From positions 11,477,824-11,528,226 of the forward strand of contig NC_068992.1 of the NCBI RefSeq assembly GCF_001194135.2: DNA of 50,403 nucleotides. Direction: 5' to 3'. Numbering within the stretch: position 1 is the stretch's first letter; the number at the start of each line of letters is the position of its first letter. This stretch comes from Octopus bimaculoides. Its lineage: Eukaryota. The position numbers were made by a program, and so were the translations under genes. Under the pieces are notes generated by a model, which was given only the letters and a program-made list of their open reading frames with translations, was not told the origin of the DNA and ran no database searches. Below are positions 37,796-50,401 of this stretch, in pieces.

Positions 37796-38529
37796 CCATC
37801 ATCATTATTATTACCATTCTGATTTTAAAATTTTGACAAGGTCCTCTTTGACATTTCCAGTGTTAATAAATTACAATGCTGGTTAATTACTGTGATCAAT
37901 GTTATCAACAGACAGCCTCCACATGAAATTGATGACTTTGACCCTGAATCAGAAGCCGCTGCCACCATCACTGTCACCCTCTTCATCATCATTATCATCA
38001 ACACCATCGTCATCATCATCATCATCATCATCACTATGATCATCATCTTCTCATTTGTGTTGTTCTATAGTAATCGGTATTTATTTTTATTTCTCTACAT
38101 TTTGCATTCAAATTTTTTCAGTGGTTATTTTAATTTTAATTCCTATAAATTTATGTAATAGATACCATATATGAAATGAAGTTGACATTAAAACAAAAAA
38201 AAACAAAACAAACTTATATCTTGCAACTACAAATTTGCAGTGTTGCATAAATGCACTTAGGAGTGCATTTTGCAGAATTTATGGCACACCAGTATACATA
38301 CATTGCAGAACGTAGCTTCATAAATTTGACATTTTGTATGATGACAATTTCGCTTTTCAAACTTCCAAGTTCAGAGGAAACTTGACAGGAAAGTGATTTC
38401 CCCTCTTACTTCCTCTCACATCTTTCTTTCCTCGTATCGCCCTGCTTCATCTATTGTTTGCAATTTCTCCTCGCATCAGACTCTAGGTCACATTGCCCTG
38501 AATAAATGCATCTGTCTCATTATTTATAT

Positions 38530-38791
38530 ATCATCATCATCATCATTTAACGTCCGCCTTCCATGCTAGCATGGGTTGGACGATTTGACTGAGAACTAGC
38601 TAGCCAGAAGGCTGCACAAGGCTGCACAAGGCTGCACAAGGCTGCACAAGGCTGCACAAGGCTCCAATCTGATCTGGCAGAGTTTCTACAGCTGGATGCC
38701 CTTCCTAACGCCAACCACTCTGAGAGTGTAGAGGGTACTTTTACGTGCCACTGGCACGAGGGCCAGTTACACAGCACTGGCAATGTATAGA
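38530..38791 (-). mobile_element. RTE-type 3' UTR with (GAT)n tail, running into a gap
   Basis: Closely similar to 8242-8460 (tttaacgtccgc-ttccatgctagcatgggttg...tttctacagctggatgcccttcctaacgccaaccactc). Tail at 38530-38546. Confidence 0.85.
38611..38650 (+). repeat. 10-bp tandem repeat (GCTGCACAAG)4
   Basis: Four perfect units inside an RTE 3' UTR. Confidence 0.95.
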
Positions 38792-39002
38792 NNNNNNNNN
38801 NNNNNNNNNNNNNNNNNNNNNNNNNNNNNNNNNNNNNNNNNNNNNNNNNNNNNNNNNNNNNNNNNNNNNNNNNNNNNNNNNNNNNNNNNNNNNNNNNNNN
38901 NNNNNNNNNNNNNNNNNNNNNNNNNNNNNNNNNNNNNNNNNNNNNNNNNNNNNNNNNNNNNNNNNNNNNNNNNNNNNNNNNNNNNNNNNNNNNNNNNNNN
39001 NN

Positions 39003-39037
<35 letters not shown>

Positions 39038-39044
39038 TACACAC

Positions 39045-39236
39045 ATACAGTTTTCTTACTCTTTCCGTTTTTTTTGTTCGTTCTCTTTCCATTTTTTCCC
39101 CTCTTAATCCTTTCTGTCAAAGACCGGAGGCTCGAAACATCTTAGAGACTTTCCATTCTTACCGAGTGTTAAACTAATATACCTGCTTGCTGTTCCTTCA
39201 CCTGGCTTCGTCTTTTGTGTTCTCTAAATTTGACCT
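39045..39236 (+). mobile_element. Second Penelope-like remnant with a more degenerate hammerhead-like motif (39111-39147)
   Basis: CTGTCAA-A-GACC-ggag-GCTC-GAAA-CATC has the spacing of CUGANGA-A-stem II-GAAA-CGUC but several core mismatches. Pyrimidine-rich flanks lie between TA-rich repeats. Confidence 0.4.
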
Positions 39237-39379
39237 ATACATACATACATACATACATACAATCATATATATACATACACATATATATATTCAATAATCT
39301 CAACATATTTGAGATTTTAGCAACTGGTGTTTTTAATATATATTACATATAAAATATCTTTAATGCTTAAGCACACACA

Positions 39380-39416
<37 letters not shown>

Positions 39417-39426
39417 NNNNNNNNNN

Positions 39427-39466
<40 letters not shown>

Positions 39467-39729
39467 CCAGTATTCAACTAAGTGGCATAAATGTTTTTAG
39501 TAGACTAGACAACAATTAGGTAAATTGCAAGTTGAACTCTTCAAGAAAATATTGAAAGAAACAGGAAGTCTGTGAATTGTGAGTAAATTAATGACAAAAG
39601 CAATCACTACGCTTTAACAGTATCATCAATTTTCTTTACTTTTATTTTCTTGCATTTGTTTTTAAGTTGCACATTTATGCACATTTTAATTTAAATGTAG
39701 ATTGATAAATTATACTTCTATGAATGGAA

Positions 39730-39796
<67 letters not shown>

Positions 39797-39864
39797 ATTA
39801 TATATCGATATCTCTGTCTATCTATCTATCTATCTATCTATCTCTCAATCTGATAGATATATCT

Positions 39865-40390
39865 GGATAAGTAATGTAAGCGTACATGTTCAACAGAGTG
39901 CCAGTGTTCTGAGAGAGAAGTTAGACATATGAGGAAGTTTTTGCTGTGTGCAAGAGAGGAGACTGCACTGGTTTGGTCATGTGTTGCAGATGGATGCTGA
40001 CAGCTCCATAATGAAGTGCCAATCTCTCAAAATAAATTGAACTTGTCGAGGTGGGAAACCCAGGAAGATATGAGATACCTGACACCTGGCTGTACTAAAG
40101 AACACCTGTACCCCACCGCAAAAGTGTTGAGACCGATCCTGCTGGTTATATAAAGCACTCAAAGAGATGCCATGTAAAAGCACCCATGTAGCGACATGTA
40201 AATGAACTTGTGTGGTGCCACATAGAAGTACCCAAGTAGTGCCACGTAAAAGCATCCAGCACAGTCTGTAAAGTGGCTGGTGTTAGAAAAGGCATCCAGC
40301 CATAGAAACCATGCCTAAACAGACTGGAATCTGGTGCAGCCCTTCGGCTTGCCAGCTCTGATCACACTATCCAACCCAGGCCAGCATGTG
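39865..40390 (+). mobile_element. Old RTE LINE 3' fragment
   Basis: Translates VQERRLHWFGHVLQMD (RTE RL-x-WFGHV motif), then GGKPRKI. The 3' UTR at 40200-40390 is homologous to 8242-8460 and 38547-38760 in opposite orientation. Confidence 0.8.
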
Positions 40391-40624
40391 GACTCATAGT
40401 TAAGTGCTTGAGTAAAACCTTATAGCTTCATCAGAGCCTTGAATGTGAAATGTAGTTTATTTGGGAAAAGAAGTACATTTATACACATATATAGGAAAAA
40501 GCATTACCAATGAGAAAGTCAACACATACAACACCTTGATGTCACTCTGGAGAAGTACCACTCCAGTGCAATCATCAACAGATATTGCTTAACTTTTCCC
40601 ATGAAATAGTTTAATATCAGTGTT

Positions 40625-40960
40625 ATTAGAAACATATGGTGTTGAAACGAATGTAACTCATAATGACTGGCAATACGTGAGTTATGACAACAAGGGTTCC
40701 AGTTGATCCAATCAATGGAACAGCCAGCTCTTGAAATTAACATGCAAGTGGTTGAGCACTCCACAGACACATGTACCCTTAATATAGTTCTCATGACACA
40801 GAATGTGATAAGGTTGGCTCTTTGAAATACAAGTAGTACTCCTTTGAGCCAGCTGAGTAGACTGGAGCAAAGTGAAATAAAGTGTCTTGCTCAAGGACAC
40901 AACACATCATCAGATTCGAACTCACAACTTTATGATCAGGAGCCAAATAACCTAACTGAT
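40625..40960 (-). mobile_element. SINE family C (tRNA-like head + CORE-like gtgtccttgagcaagacac)
   Basis: Minus strand: agttaggttatttggctcctgatcataaagttgtgagttcgaatc (B box), then gtgttgtgtccttgagcaagacactttatttcac. Confidence 0.8.
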
Positions 40961-41301
40961 TCTTTGTCTTCTTTACTGGATTATATATAAACACACATTT
41001 ATGCATGCGCACACACTCACACACATGCGCCCTCCACACTCACACACATGTGCTCTCCACACACACACACACACACATTCATTAGAGTTCGAAGTAAAGA
41101 TATTAAGAGTACATTTATGAGTATCTAGGACTGTGCTCGCTTCCATTCTATATTTCATATCCAGAAACAGTAACAAATGAATTTTGTAGTTCATCTTTAT
41201 TCCTATAAATATTCCAAATGATACAACACAAAACATTTGAATGTGTGCATAAATATATTCTTTAATATATATATATACATAAAGATATATCTACACATAC
41301 A

Positions 41302-41343
<42 letters not shown>

Positions 41344-41532
41344 NNNNNNNNNNNNNNNNNNNNNNNNNNNNNNNNNNNNNNNNNNNNNNNNNNNNNNNNN
41401 NNNNNNNNNNNNNNNNNNNNNNNNNNNNNNNNNNNNNNNNNNNNNNNNNNNNNNNNNNNNNNNNNNNNNNNNNNNNNNNNNNNNNNNNNNNNNNNNNNTA
41501 TATATATATATATACATATATGTATGTATGTA

Positions 41533-41568
<36 letters not shown>

Positions 41569-42030
41569 TATATACATACATGCACATACACACACACAGA
41601 GCGAAAGAGGAGAGAAAGATTTTAATGATTGTGTATGAGTAATATTGGTACATTGCAACATATATTTCTATTCTGTGTTGTGATCAATGAGAAAAAAAAA
41701 CAACAACAAAAAATCTATACTCTTTATCATATTATTTGGCTCTGAATGGTTCTAGAAAAACAGGATTATTAAGGCAATGAAACTAAGACCAGGCCATGGC
41801 AAAGTCTCATTAACCAATTGTATTGCACATAGACCACACATAGAATTGTATGAAAAATTACAAATCTCATTTGCTATAGACTTACACACACGTATGCATG
41901 CATACATTTGTAGTAAGAAATAAGCATGTATAAGTATTTCATATGTAAATGTAAATAAGTGTATGTGTATATATGTCTGTGTGATTTTTGTGTATGAGTG
42001 TGTGTATGTGTATTTGTATATATACATGAT

Positions 42031-42078
<48 letters not shown>

Positions 42079-42081
<3 letters not shown>

Positions 42082-42423
42082 CAGGAGTGGCTGCATGGTA
42101 AGTAGCTTGCTTACAAAGCACATGGTACCGGGTTCATTCCCACTGCGTGGCACCTTGGGCAAGTATCCTCTACTATAGCCTCGGGCCAACCAAAGCCATG
42201 TGTATGTGTGTGTATATGATTGTGTGTTTATCCCCCCAACATTCGCTTGACAAGCGAAGCCGGTGTGTTTACGTCCCTGTAAATTAGCAGTTCAGCAAAA
42301 AGACCGATAGAATAAGTACTAGGCTTCCAAAGAATAAGTTCTGGGGTTGATTTGCTCGACTAAAGGTGGTGCTCCAGCATGGCCGCATTCAAATGACTGA
42401 AACAAGCAGAAGAGTAAAAGAGA
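42079..42423 (+). mobile_element. SINE family A with an internal deletion
   Basis: Head to accaaagcc joins directly to the (TG)-rich spacer; the ttgtgagtggatttgg...aagccc block and the TA tract are absent. Confidence 0.9.
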
Positions 42424-42574
42424 AAGTATATATATATATATATATATATATGATGATATATGATAATTATTATCATTAATGATAATAATTTATTGTTTTT
42501 ATCATTATGTCAAAGATTATTCTGCCTATGTCAATTTTGCATGTCATCTTTTGGTGTTCATAAAAATGAATTCT

Positions 42575-42850
42575 AGTTGAACACTGGGGTTGATATAATT
42601 GACAAACCCCATGCCAAACATTCCAGACCTTGTGCCTAAAGCAGATAGGATTATTATTTCAAATATGGGCACTGGTTTGAATTTTTGGAAGGTTTAGTGA
42701 ATCAAATCAATCCCTGTTAATTTACTTAATTGACTTTGAAGGACAAAAAGCAAAATCTGCCTGGTTGAGATTTGAACTCAGAATGTAAAAGGCCAGAACA
42801 AATACTGCAAGGACTTTTGTCCGTTGCTTTAATGATTCTACCAATGTATT
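42575..42850. mobile_element. SINE family B 3' part (+, 42575-42660) tail-to-tail with a degenerate copy (-, 42660-42850)
   Basis: cactggggttgatataattgac on +; atttgaactcagaatgtaaa...aatgattctacc on -. Confidence 0.65.
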
Positions 42851-42930
42851 GTCTTCGTAAATATTATTACAAACAGAAGAAATAACTTCTAACACTAACA
42901 AGTCAGAGAAAATGCCAGACAATATTCTGG

Positions 42931-43133
42931 TTGACACTTTGATATTCAATAATTCTTTCAAATACAATGTTTATTCAAATAAGTTTGCATACATTATCAT
43001 GTAGCTTCAAAATGTTGGTGATGTGATTGTTTACTTTTTGAATTACCTTGTAGGGTAGGTGTGAGAGGCTGGATCTGTCCAGCTTCAACATATATTTAGC
43101 CAGATATAGCTAGCTGAAGTGCTAAAGGTTTAA
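42931..43133 (+). mobile_element. MITE-like element with degenerate TTAACCCTTT-type termini
   Basis: Ends TTGACACTTT / AAAGGTTTAA. Internal tgatgtgattgt...ttttgaatta...ttgtagggtaggtgtgaga is shared with 19110-19160. Confidence 0.6.
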
Positions 43134-43735
43134 TTCTCTAGGTCCTTAGTTCAATTCTACTAGGGATGGCTAGATTGTACTTTCATTTATTCAGAGTCAA
43201 TTACATAAGAACGTATTGGATGTCTTTCAATTGCTGCATACCTTAAATACCAGTGATATAATAGGAGCAATTCAATAGGTTATAACTTTTTGCCCTTAAC
43301 ACTAGGTGGCCTTGAGTTCTATTTTAAAATTGATGTATCATGATGGTCACCATATTGATAATATTTACAATGTTAACAGTAACAATGAGGAAAAACAAAA
43401 AAAAAACTGAAACAAATTCAGTGCAATGAATGAATCACTACAACAGAATTGTAGGTTTGCCTGCAATGTAGTGGGTTGTTTGAAGTTAACAGTACTCAAA
43501 AACCTGATTGATTCATTTAAAAGTAGTCACACCACTATTTCTCTATAGTTATCAAAGAAATTTTTTGACAAATCTACAAACAAAACCTTAGCTACGTCTC
43601 TGAAACATAAATATGTATGTATGTATGTGTGTGTGTATGCATGTATGAATGTATGTATATGTATGTATGTGTGTATGTATGTATATATATATACACATAT
43701 ATAATTACACACACACACACACCCACACACACACC

Positions 43736-43766
<31 letters not shown>

Positions 43767-44765
43767 TTATATATATTTATATATATTTATATATATATTT
43801 ATTTATATATATATATATATACATATACACATATATATATACATATACACATATATATATACATATACATATATATACACATATACATATATATATACAT
43901 ATACATATATATATACATATACATATATATATACATNNNNNNNNNNNNNNNNNNNNNNNNNNNNNNNNNNNNNNNNNNNNNNNNNNNNNNNNNNNNNNNN
44001 NNNNNNNNNNNNNNNNNNNNNNNNNNNNNNNNNNNNNNNNNNNNNNNNNNNNNNNNNNNNNNNNNNNNNNNNNNNNNNNNNNNNNNNNNNNNNNNNNNNN
44101 NNNNNNNNNNNNNNNNNNNNNNNNNNNNNNNNNNNNNNNNNNNNNNNNNNNNNNNNNNNNNNNNNNNNNNNNNNNNNNTATATATATATATGTATATATA
44201 TATATATGTATATATATACATATATATAAATGTGTGTGTATATAAACATGTCTGAGTGTATGTATGTATATGTATATGTATATATATATGAAAGAACAGA
44301 AATTGTATTGATCTTTCTAGTGTCTGAGGAACAACTGAAGTGAAAGACAGTAAAGAAGATAATAAATATTTTTTTTTCAAAGCATTGTAAAACATTTTTT
44401 TTGATCTTAGGTGTATAATCACATTATTTAGTCATTTTGACAATGTCATTTAAAAGAAAAAAAAAAAATGGACAAAAAATGTACAGAGCTCTTAAAATAA
44501 AAGAATCCATGGAGTTTGTTACATTACAACCGTTTCTTATACACACAGATACAAACACCCATCTACACACAGATATACACCATGTACTCTAAGTCTGCTG
44601 GGTTCTTTTTTTTTTTTTTGCAATTAACAAAACAAGTTTAGATGATGCCTTCTTTATAGGAGACAGCACAGTCAACATGCACACATACACCCATACATAC
44701 ACCCATACATGCACCAAAACAGAAAAATATCTGCCGAGTTCAATGGTCCAACATATATGTATATT

Positions 44766-44800
<35 letters not shown>

Positions 44801-44816
44801 TCATACATATATATAT

Positions 44817-44990
44817 GTTTATATTAAGGGCATTGCTATACATAAATGCCTCATGCTAGGAAGGACTCTAAAAGTCAAACTACCATAATAAACACATTCT
44901 ATCAGTAAAATGTGTTTATTATGGTAGTTTAACTTTTAGAGTCCCTCCTAGCTTGAGGCATTTATGTATAGTAATGACCTTACTATAAAC
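44817..44990. repeat. Long inverted repeat (82-bp arms, 10-nt loop), foldback/MITE-like
   Basis: 44817-44898 matches the reverse complement of 44909-44990 at 76 of 82 positions by manual alignment. Confidence 0.95.
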
Positions 44991-45079
44991 AAATATATTT
45001 ATAGGGAATAATTAATAAATTTTTCCCTTATGAGGCCTTTTCATGTTAACTACTTGATAAATTCTTATAAAGAGTTTAT

Positions 45080-45154
<75 letters not shown>

Positions 45155-45194
45155 CACATTATTCCATAAGGAGTATAGGACTGACCATTTCATG

Positions 45195-45540
45195 GTCAGT
45201 GAACATGATCTTACACTACATACTTCATTTCAGCCCCAAATAGACCGATTGCTTCCGCTTCATTTTTCACACTTTTTTTCCAGCTCCTCTCAGGACATCC
45301 ATCTTTCCTCTTTCCTTCAGATTGCCAGCCTTACACTTGTCTTGCAATACTGCTTGGAGGTCTTCTTTAAATGCGACCAATCCAGCCCCATCTTCTTATA
45401 CAGCATCATCGTCATAATTGTTCTATACTGTCAACTGTTCCATGTTTGTATGGATAAGATGAGAAATTCGTTGAAGTTGATTTTTCTAAAGGGCAGATGC
45501 ATATTCTGCCACTAATCCTCACCTGTTCCCAAGTGAGGTC
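45195..45540 (-). mobile_element. RTE LINE C-terminal fragment of a different subfamily
   Basis: Minus translation IRRWGWIGRI*RRPPSSIARQV*GWQSEGKRKDGCPERSWKK resembles the RTE RW-x-WIGH...W-x-PEGKRKRGRP...W motif, with stops. Confidence 0.7.
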
Positions 45541-45751
45541 CTTTTAACCCAGGGCTAGACATGTTTATTAAGACAGACTAGAAGCAACATACAAAGTTCT
45601 TTGTATGAAAGTAATGCTTATTTACAACCATCACGTGACATCAAGACCAGAGTAAACACAAACACATCTACCCACACACAGACACACACATACCTACACA
45701 CGCACATACACCCTCTACACACATACATATACACCCCCTCTCACACACACA

Positions 45752-45784
<33 letters not shown>

Positions 45785-46072
45785 NNNNNNNNNNNNNNNN
45801 NNNNNNNNNNNNNNNNNNNNNNNNNNNNNNNNNNNNNNNNNNNNNNNNNNNNNNNNNNNNNNNNNNNNNNNNNNNNNNNNNNNNNNNNNNNNNNNNNNNN
45901 NNNNNNNNNNNNNNNNNNNNNNNNNNNNNNNNNNNNNNNNNNNNNNNNNNNNNNNNNNNNNNNNNNNNNNNNNNNNNNNNNNNNNNNNNNNNNNNNNNNN
46001 NNNNNNNNNNNNNNNNNNNNNNNNNNNNNNNNNNNNNNNNNNNNNNNNNNNNNNNNNNNNNNNNNNNNNNNN

Positions 46073-46108
<36 letters not shown>

Positions 46109-46472
46109 TCCCAGCCACACCTACACTTTTAATTACTTATCTCTTTCTGCTGTCAAAAACTGGTAAGCATTATTGATAGGTAAGTTTAGTTGAACATGAC
46201 ATCAGAGATAATCACCATGATAATGTTTAAAATCTATGGGATGTTGTTTATTTTTGCTGTATATATAATTTATAAATGCTTTCACCTCTCCTCTTCAATC
46301 TCAGCTGGGTTCTTATTTGATGATCTACAGACACACTCTTCAGTATTAAATTTCTTATCCATATACACACATACACCAACGCTCATATATATTTTTATAA
46401 AATATTCTTCTATACATCTACCAACATGTCACTGATACTTTATCCCATGCATGTATTTATTTGTATATGCAA

Positions 46473-46518
<46 letters not shown>

Positions 46519-46520
46519 AT

Positions 46521-46771
46521 CGTTGCTGTTATGCAAAAGTGTCGTAAGTCCAAAACAATGCTTTTTCAGAAAATGAAAAAAATAGTTTCATCATTCCGTG
46601 GCAAAACCGTTGCACTACACTTTAACAATTTTTAATATCTTGGCATCTGAAGCAGCTGGAGATACGATAGTTTGACCAAAAGAACCATCTATTAGAAGCA
46701 AAAATAAATATTGAAAAAAGAATCGCACTTGGCCACATTTAGACATAGAATAGTTTTTAAAAATAGCAACG
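46521..46771. mobile_element. Possible 251-bp MITE in a TA-rich context
   Basis: CGTTGCTGTT at the left end and AATAGCAACG at the right end (9 of 10 inverted match); flanked by TA-rich repeats. Confidence 0.35.
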
Positions 46772-47322
46772 TTTTATATATATATATATATATANNNNNN
46801 NNNNNNNNNNNNNNNNNNNNNNNNNNNNNNNNNNNNNNNNNNNNNNNNNNNNNNNNNNNNNNNNNNNNNNNNNNNNNNNNNNNNNNNNNNNNNNNNNNNN
46901 NNNNNNNNNNNNNNNNNNNNNNNNNNNNNNNNNNNNNNNNNNNNNNNNNNNNNNNNNNNNNNNNNNNNNNNNNNNNNNNNNNNNNNNNNNNNNNNNNNNN
47001 NNNNNNNNNNNNNNNNNNNNNNNNNNNNNNNNNNNNNNNNNNNNNNNNNNNNNNNNNNNNNNNNNNNNNNNNNNNNNNNNNNNNNNNNNNNNNNNNNNNN
47101 NNNNNNNNNNNNNNNNNNNNNNNNNNNNNNNNNNNNNNNNNNNNNNNNNNNNNNNNNNNNNNNNNNNNNNNNNNNNNNNNNNNNNNNNNNNNNNNNNNNN
47201 NNNNNNNNNNNNNNNNNNNNNNNNNNNNNNNNNNNNNNNNNNNNNNNNNNNNNNNNNNNNNNNNNNNNNNNNNNNNNNNNNNNNNNNNNNNNNNNNNNNN
47301 NNNNNNNNNNNNNNNNNNNNNN

Positions 47323-47368
<46 letters not shown>

Positions 47369-48345
47369 GACTCGTGTCTGAATGTCTTTACATATATCAT
47401 ATATATGTGCCTACACACACACACAGACATAGATATAAACATACATGTATAGATACATACAAACATACATATGTACATACATGCACCAATACTCAGTCAT
47501 ACACGTGTATTACCATTGTTATCCGTGCGTGCACACATTTTTGTCAGATAATGATGATGATTTTTACATTATATAGAGCTTTATATAAAGTTGAATAGCT
47601 GTATTTATCTGAATAGGATGTTGTACTGCAAGACAGACTTTATCTCACCAAGATAAATATCTTCTTTCTTGCTAATACAAATTATCATTCAGTGAAACCA
47701 TGCCATAATAGTAATAAATGATATCGGTCTTCAGGTCATCATCGGCGCAGAACTTGAGAATGCTTTATGGTACAATGCCAATATTGTTAGTCTTGGTGAT
47801 GTACATGCAAAAGTTCCAATGAAAATTAATAGAAATAATTTCATTCGAAGTCAAGAAGTTCTAGAAAAATACTCAATATTCAAACATTTTGGAATTTTGA
47901 TTCTATCAATTCCAATAAGACATTTTTGTTTCTTCATTTTGTGTATTTTTTTTATTTATTGTAGTTTTGTATATTAACATTGGATGTAAATATCTTGTTT
48001 TGATTTGAAAATTTTGCAAGGTTGGTCAAGGCTTTTGTTGTACAGATATTTCAACTTTCAGTCTGTTCTGGAAGTGGTGTTATATTGATGCCTATGTCCA
48101 GTGGATGCCATAAATAGTGAATGAAACAAGGTCAGCAAGTTATTATTTACGGAAGCAAATTTGGCCATGGTTTAAGGATCACCAATCAAATAATGTACTT
48201 CTGTGGTTTATAAAAGAAGTGTCAAAATGTGTGTGTGTATGTGTGGATGTGTGTGTGTGCATGTGTGTATGTGCATGCACATGCGTGTATTTCTCTCTTT
48301 TTCTGTCTGTTTGTCACTTTGTCTGTCTCTTTCTCTATCTATTTA

Positions 48346-48421
<76 letters not shown>

Positions 48422-48424
<3 letters not shown>

Positions 48425-48730
48425 CGAACTACTAGCGTTCTACTTCAGATTTGCGTTTGGCCGTACGGCTTTTGAATGTTGTTTTCACTGTCCATTTTTT
48501 CCTGTCTTGGTTTGTGTTTGCCACCTTGGAATCCTCTGTGTAGTGGGTTGATCCACTATTCAGGAAGAGACTATTCTAGAGTACGTTCTGTCTTATCTTC
48601 GAAACGTCTAGATAGAATAGAGACAGCTGATGAAGGGATATTCCAAGTGGCTTTCCGTTTTCCTATGTGTTCGTTCCGTTGTCTGTAGTTTATTGTTCTA
48701 ACATCCTGTACCCTGATATGCATATATATA
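48422..48730 (+). mobile_element. CpG-rich interspersed element bounded by (TA)n, carrying hammerhead half-motifs (possible Penelope-like)
   Basis: GAAACGTC at 48601-08 and CTGATGAAGGG at 48627-37. Shares CTGATGAAGGG and ACATCCTGTACCC-x2-ATATGCATATA with 5362-5500. Confidence 0.5.
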
Positions 48731-48790
48731 CACATGTAGATGTAAGTATGTACATATATGTGTGTATACATGTATATATATTCCTTGTAT

Positions 48791-48822
<32 letters not shown>

Positions 48823-48922
48823 CAGATAGATAGATTTATAAATTTATGTACATGTGTGTGTATATATATATAATGTATATTACATTTATATATACATATA
48901 TATATATATATATACATATATA

Positions 48923-48982
48923 CCATCATCATCATCATCGTTTACCGTCTTCTTTCCATGCTAGCATGGGTTGGACGCTAGC
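48923..48982 (-). mobile_element. Ultra-short RTE 3' end (about 40 nt plus tail)
   Basis: (cat)n-cgttta-cgtc-ctttccatgctagcatgggttggacg matches the terminus at 8242 and 38547. Confidence 0.75.
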
Positions 48983-49075
48983 ATGGTATGTATGTATGTT
49001 CCTTAGATATATAAGATATAATGGATATAAAATATGTATGCAATCTATATACTATACACACAAACACTCACTCAC

Positions 49076-49112
<37 letters not shown>

Positions 49113-50165
49113 CACACCCCCACACACATATTTATATATTTGTAAGTACATATGTCTTAGAATGTATCTTGAGGTATACATGAAGCTATAGATAATAGTA
49201 CGGAACTTATAAGTTTGAAAAACCCTCTATGATAGAAATATTGGTGCTTTTGGTTGTATGTCGTATGAAATGCGAGATTGCATTCTGCATTTACTTTGCA
49301 TTCCCTTCATATTTTGAGTTCAAATTCTTGTAGGGTTAACTTCATCTTTTATCAAATAGTCATGGATAAAATATAACAGAAAAATAAAATAAAACAATGA
49401 TGAATAAAATAATCTAATTCATTCAACTGTAGTCTTCTCTGCCAAAATTTGTGTTGTGCTAATTTCAGGAATAAATATTTATGATATGATGAAAACCAAA
49501 TGACAGAATATCCAGTTCATAAGTGAAAGATAAATGACAACCTAATTGATGTAGGTTGTGGAAAGGTTTACAGAGTTGAAAAACTACAAGTTTATTGTCT
49601 TTAGCATTCTAGTTCACCTATATATAATGAAAGAATTTGCTGTTTGTGTAAATAGTTAAACCGTGCTTTGACGCATTTTTCTGGTAGCAGAAAAGCTCAA
49701 GAAAATAATTCACATGAAAGGTGTTTAGAACCTAACAGGGAAGCAGTGAGAAGTATGTAAATAAGCCTTAGTGATGTATCTTGAATGTCAGTTCAGCCAT
49801 AGATAAAAGCTCATAATACACAGGCTTCATAAAAGACTTGTTTACATATTTTGTGATGCCTCGATTGTTAGGTTCTAAATGTAATCAATCTTGTTCTCTT
49901 GTTTGTAAGGACGGACAAGTGCCATGAAACTCCCTTAAATGTAATGGTTTCATGATTGTTTGAGCTACAGTAGTTGTATTGTTGAATGTTCTGTGGGTAA
50001 CCTTTTTTTCTTCCATTCAAGGAGTTTCTAACCCTATGTTGTTTGAGTTATTGCTTATAGCTGGATGGACATTATTGATACATCCTTATTTTCATCATGT
50101 TTTATATAAATATATTAAACTACCTTGTTACACAAAACACACAGCTCCAAGTAAATACAATAACA

Positions 50166-50202
<37 letters not shown>

Positions 50203-50273
50203 GTCTATCTATCTATCTACCTATCTGTCTATCTATCTCTATCTCTCTCTCAATCTATCTATCTATCTATCTA

Positions 50274-50304
<31 letters not shown>

Positions 50305-50347
50305 GTCCATCTATCTATCCATCTATATCTATCTCTCTCTCTCTCTA

Positions 50348-50401
<54 letters not shown>

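Noticed and set aside
38244-38275. AAATGCACT-TAGG-AGTGCATTT hairpin as a functional element
   Set aside because: A single 9-bp stem in AT-rich DNA with no supporting context; similar short stems occur at 28312-28328 and 29298-29318.
40405-40440. CTGATGAAGC on the - strand as a fourth hammerhead
   Set aside because: No stem II partner or GAAAC follows.
47700-47760. LKFCADDD on the - strand as an RT YADD-like motif
   Set aside because: The motif is imperfect and no upstream QG/LSP motif lies at the right distance.
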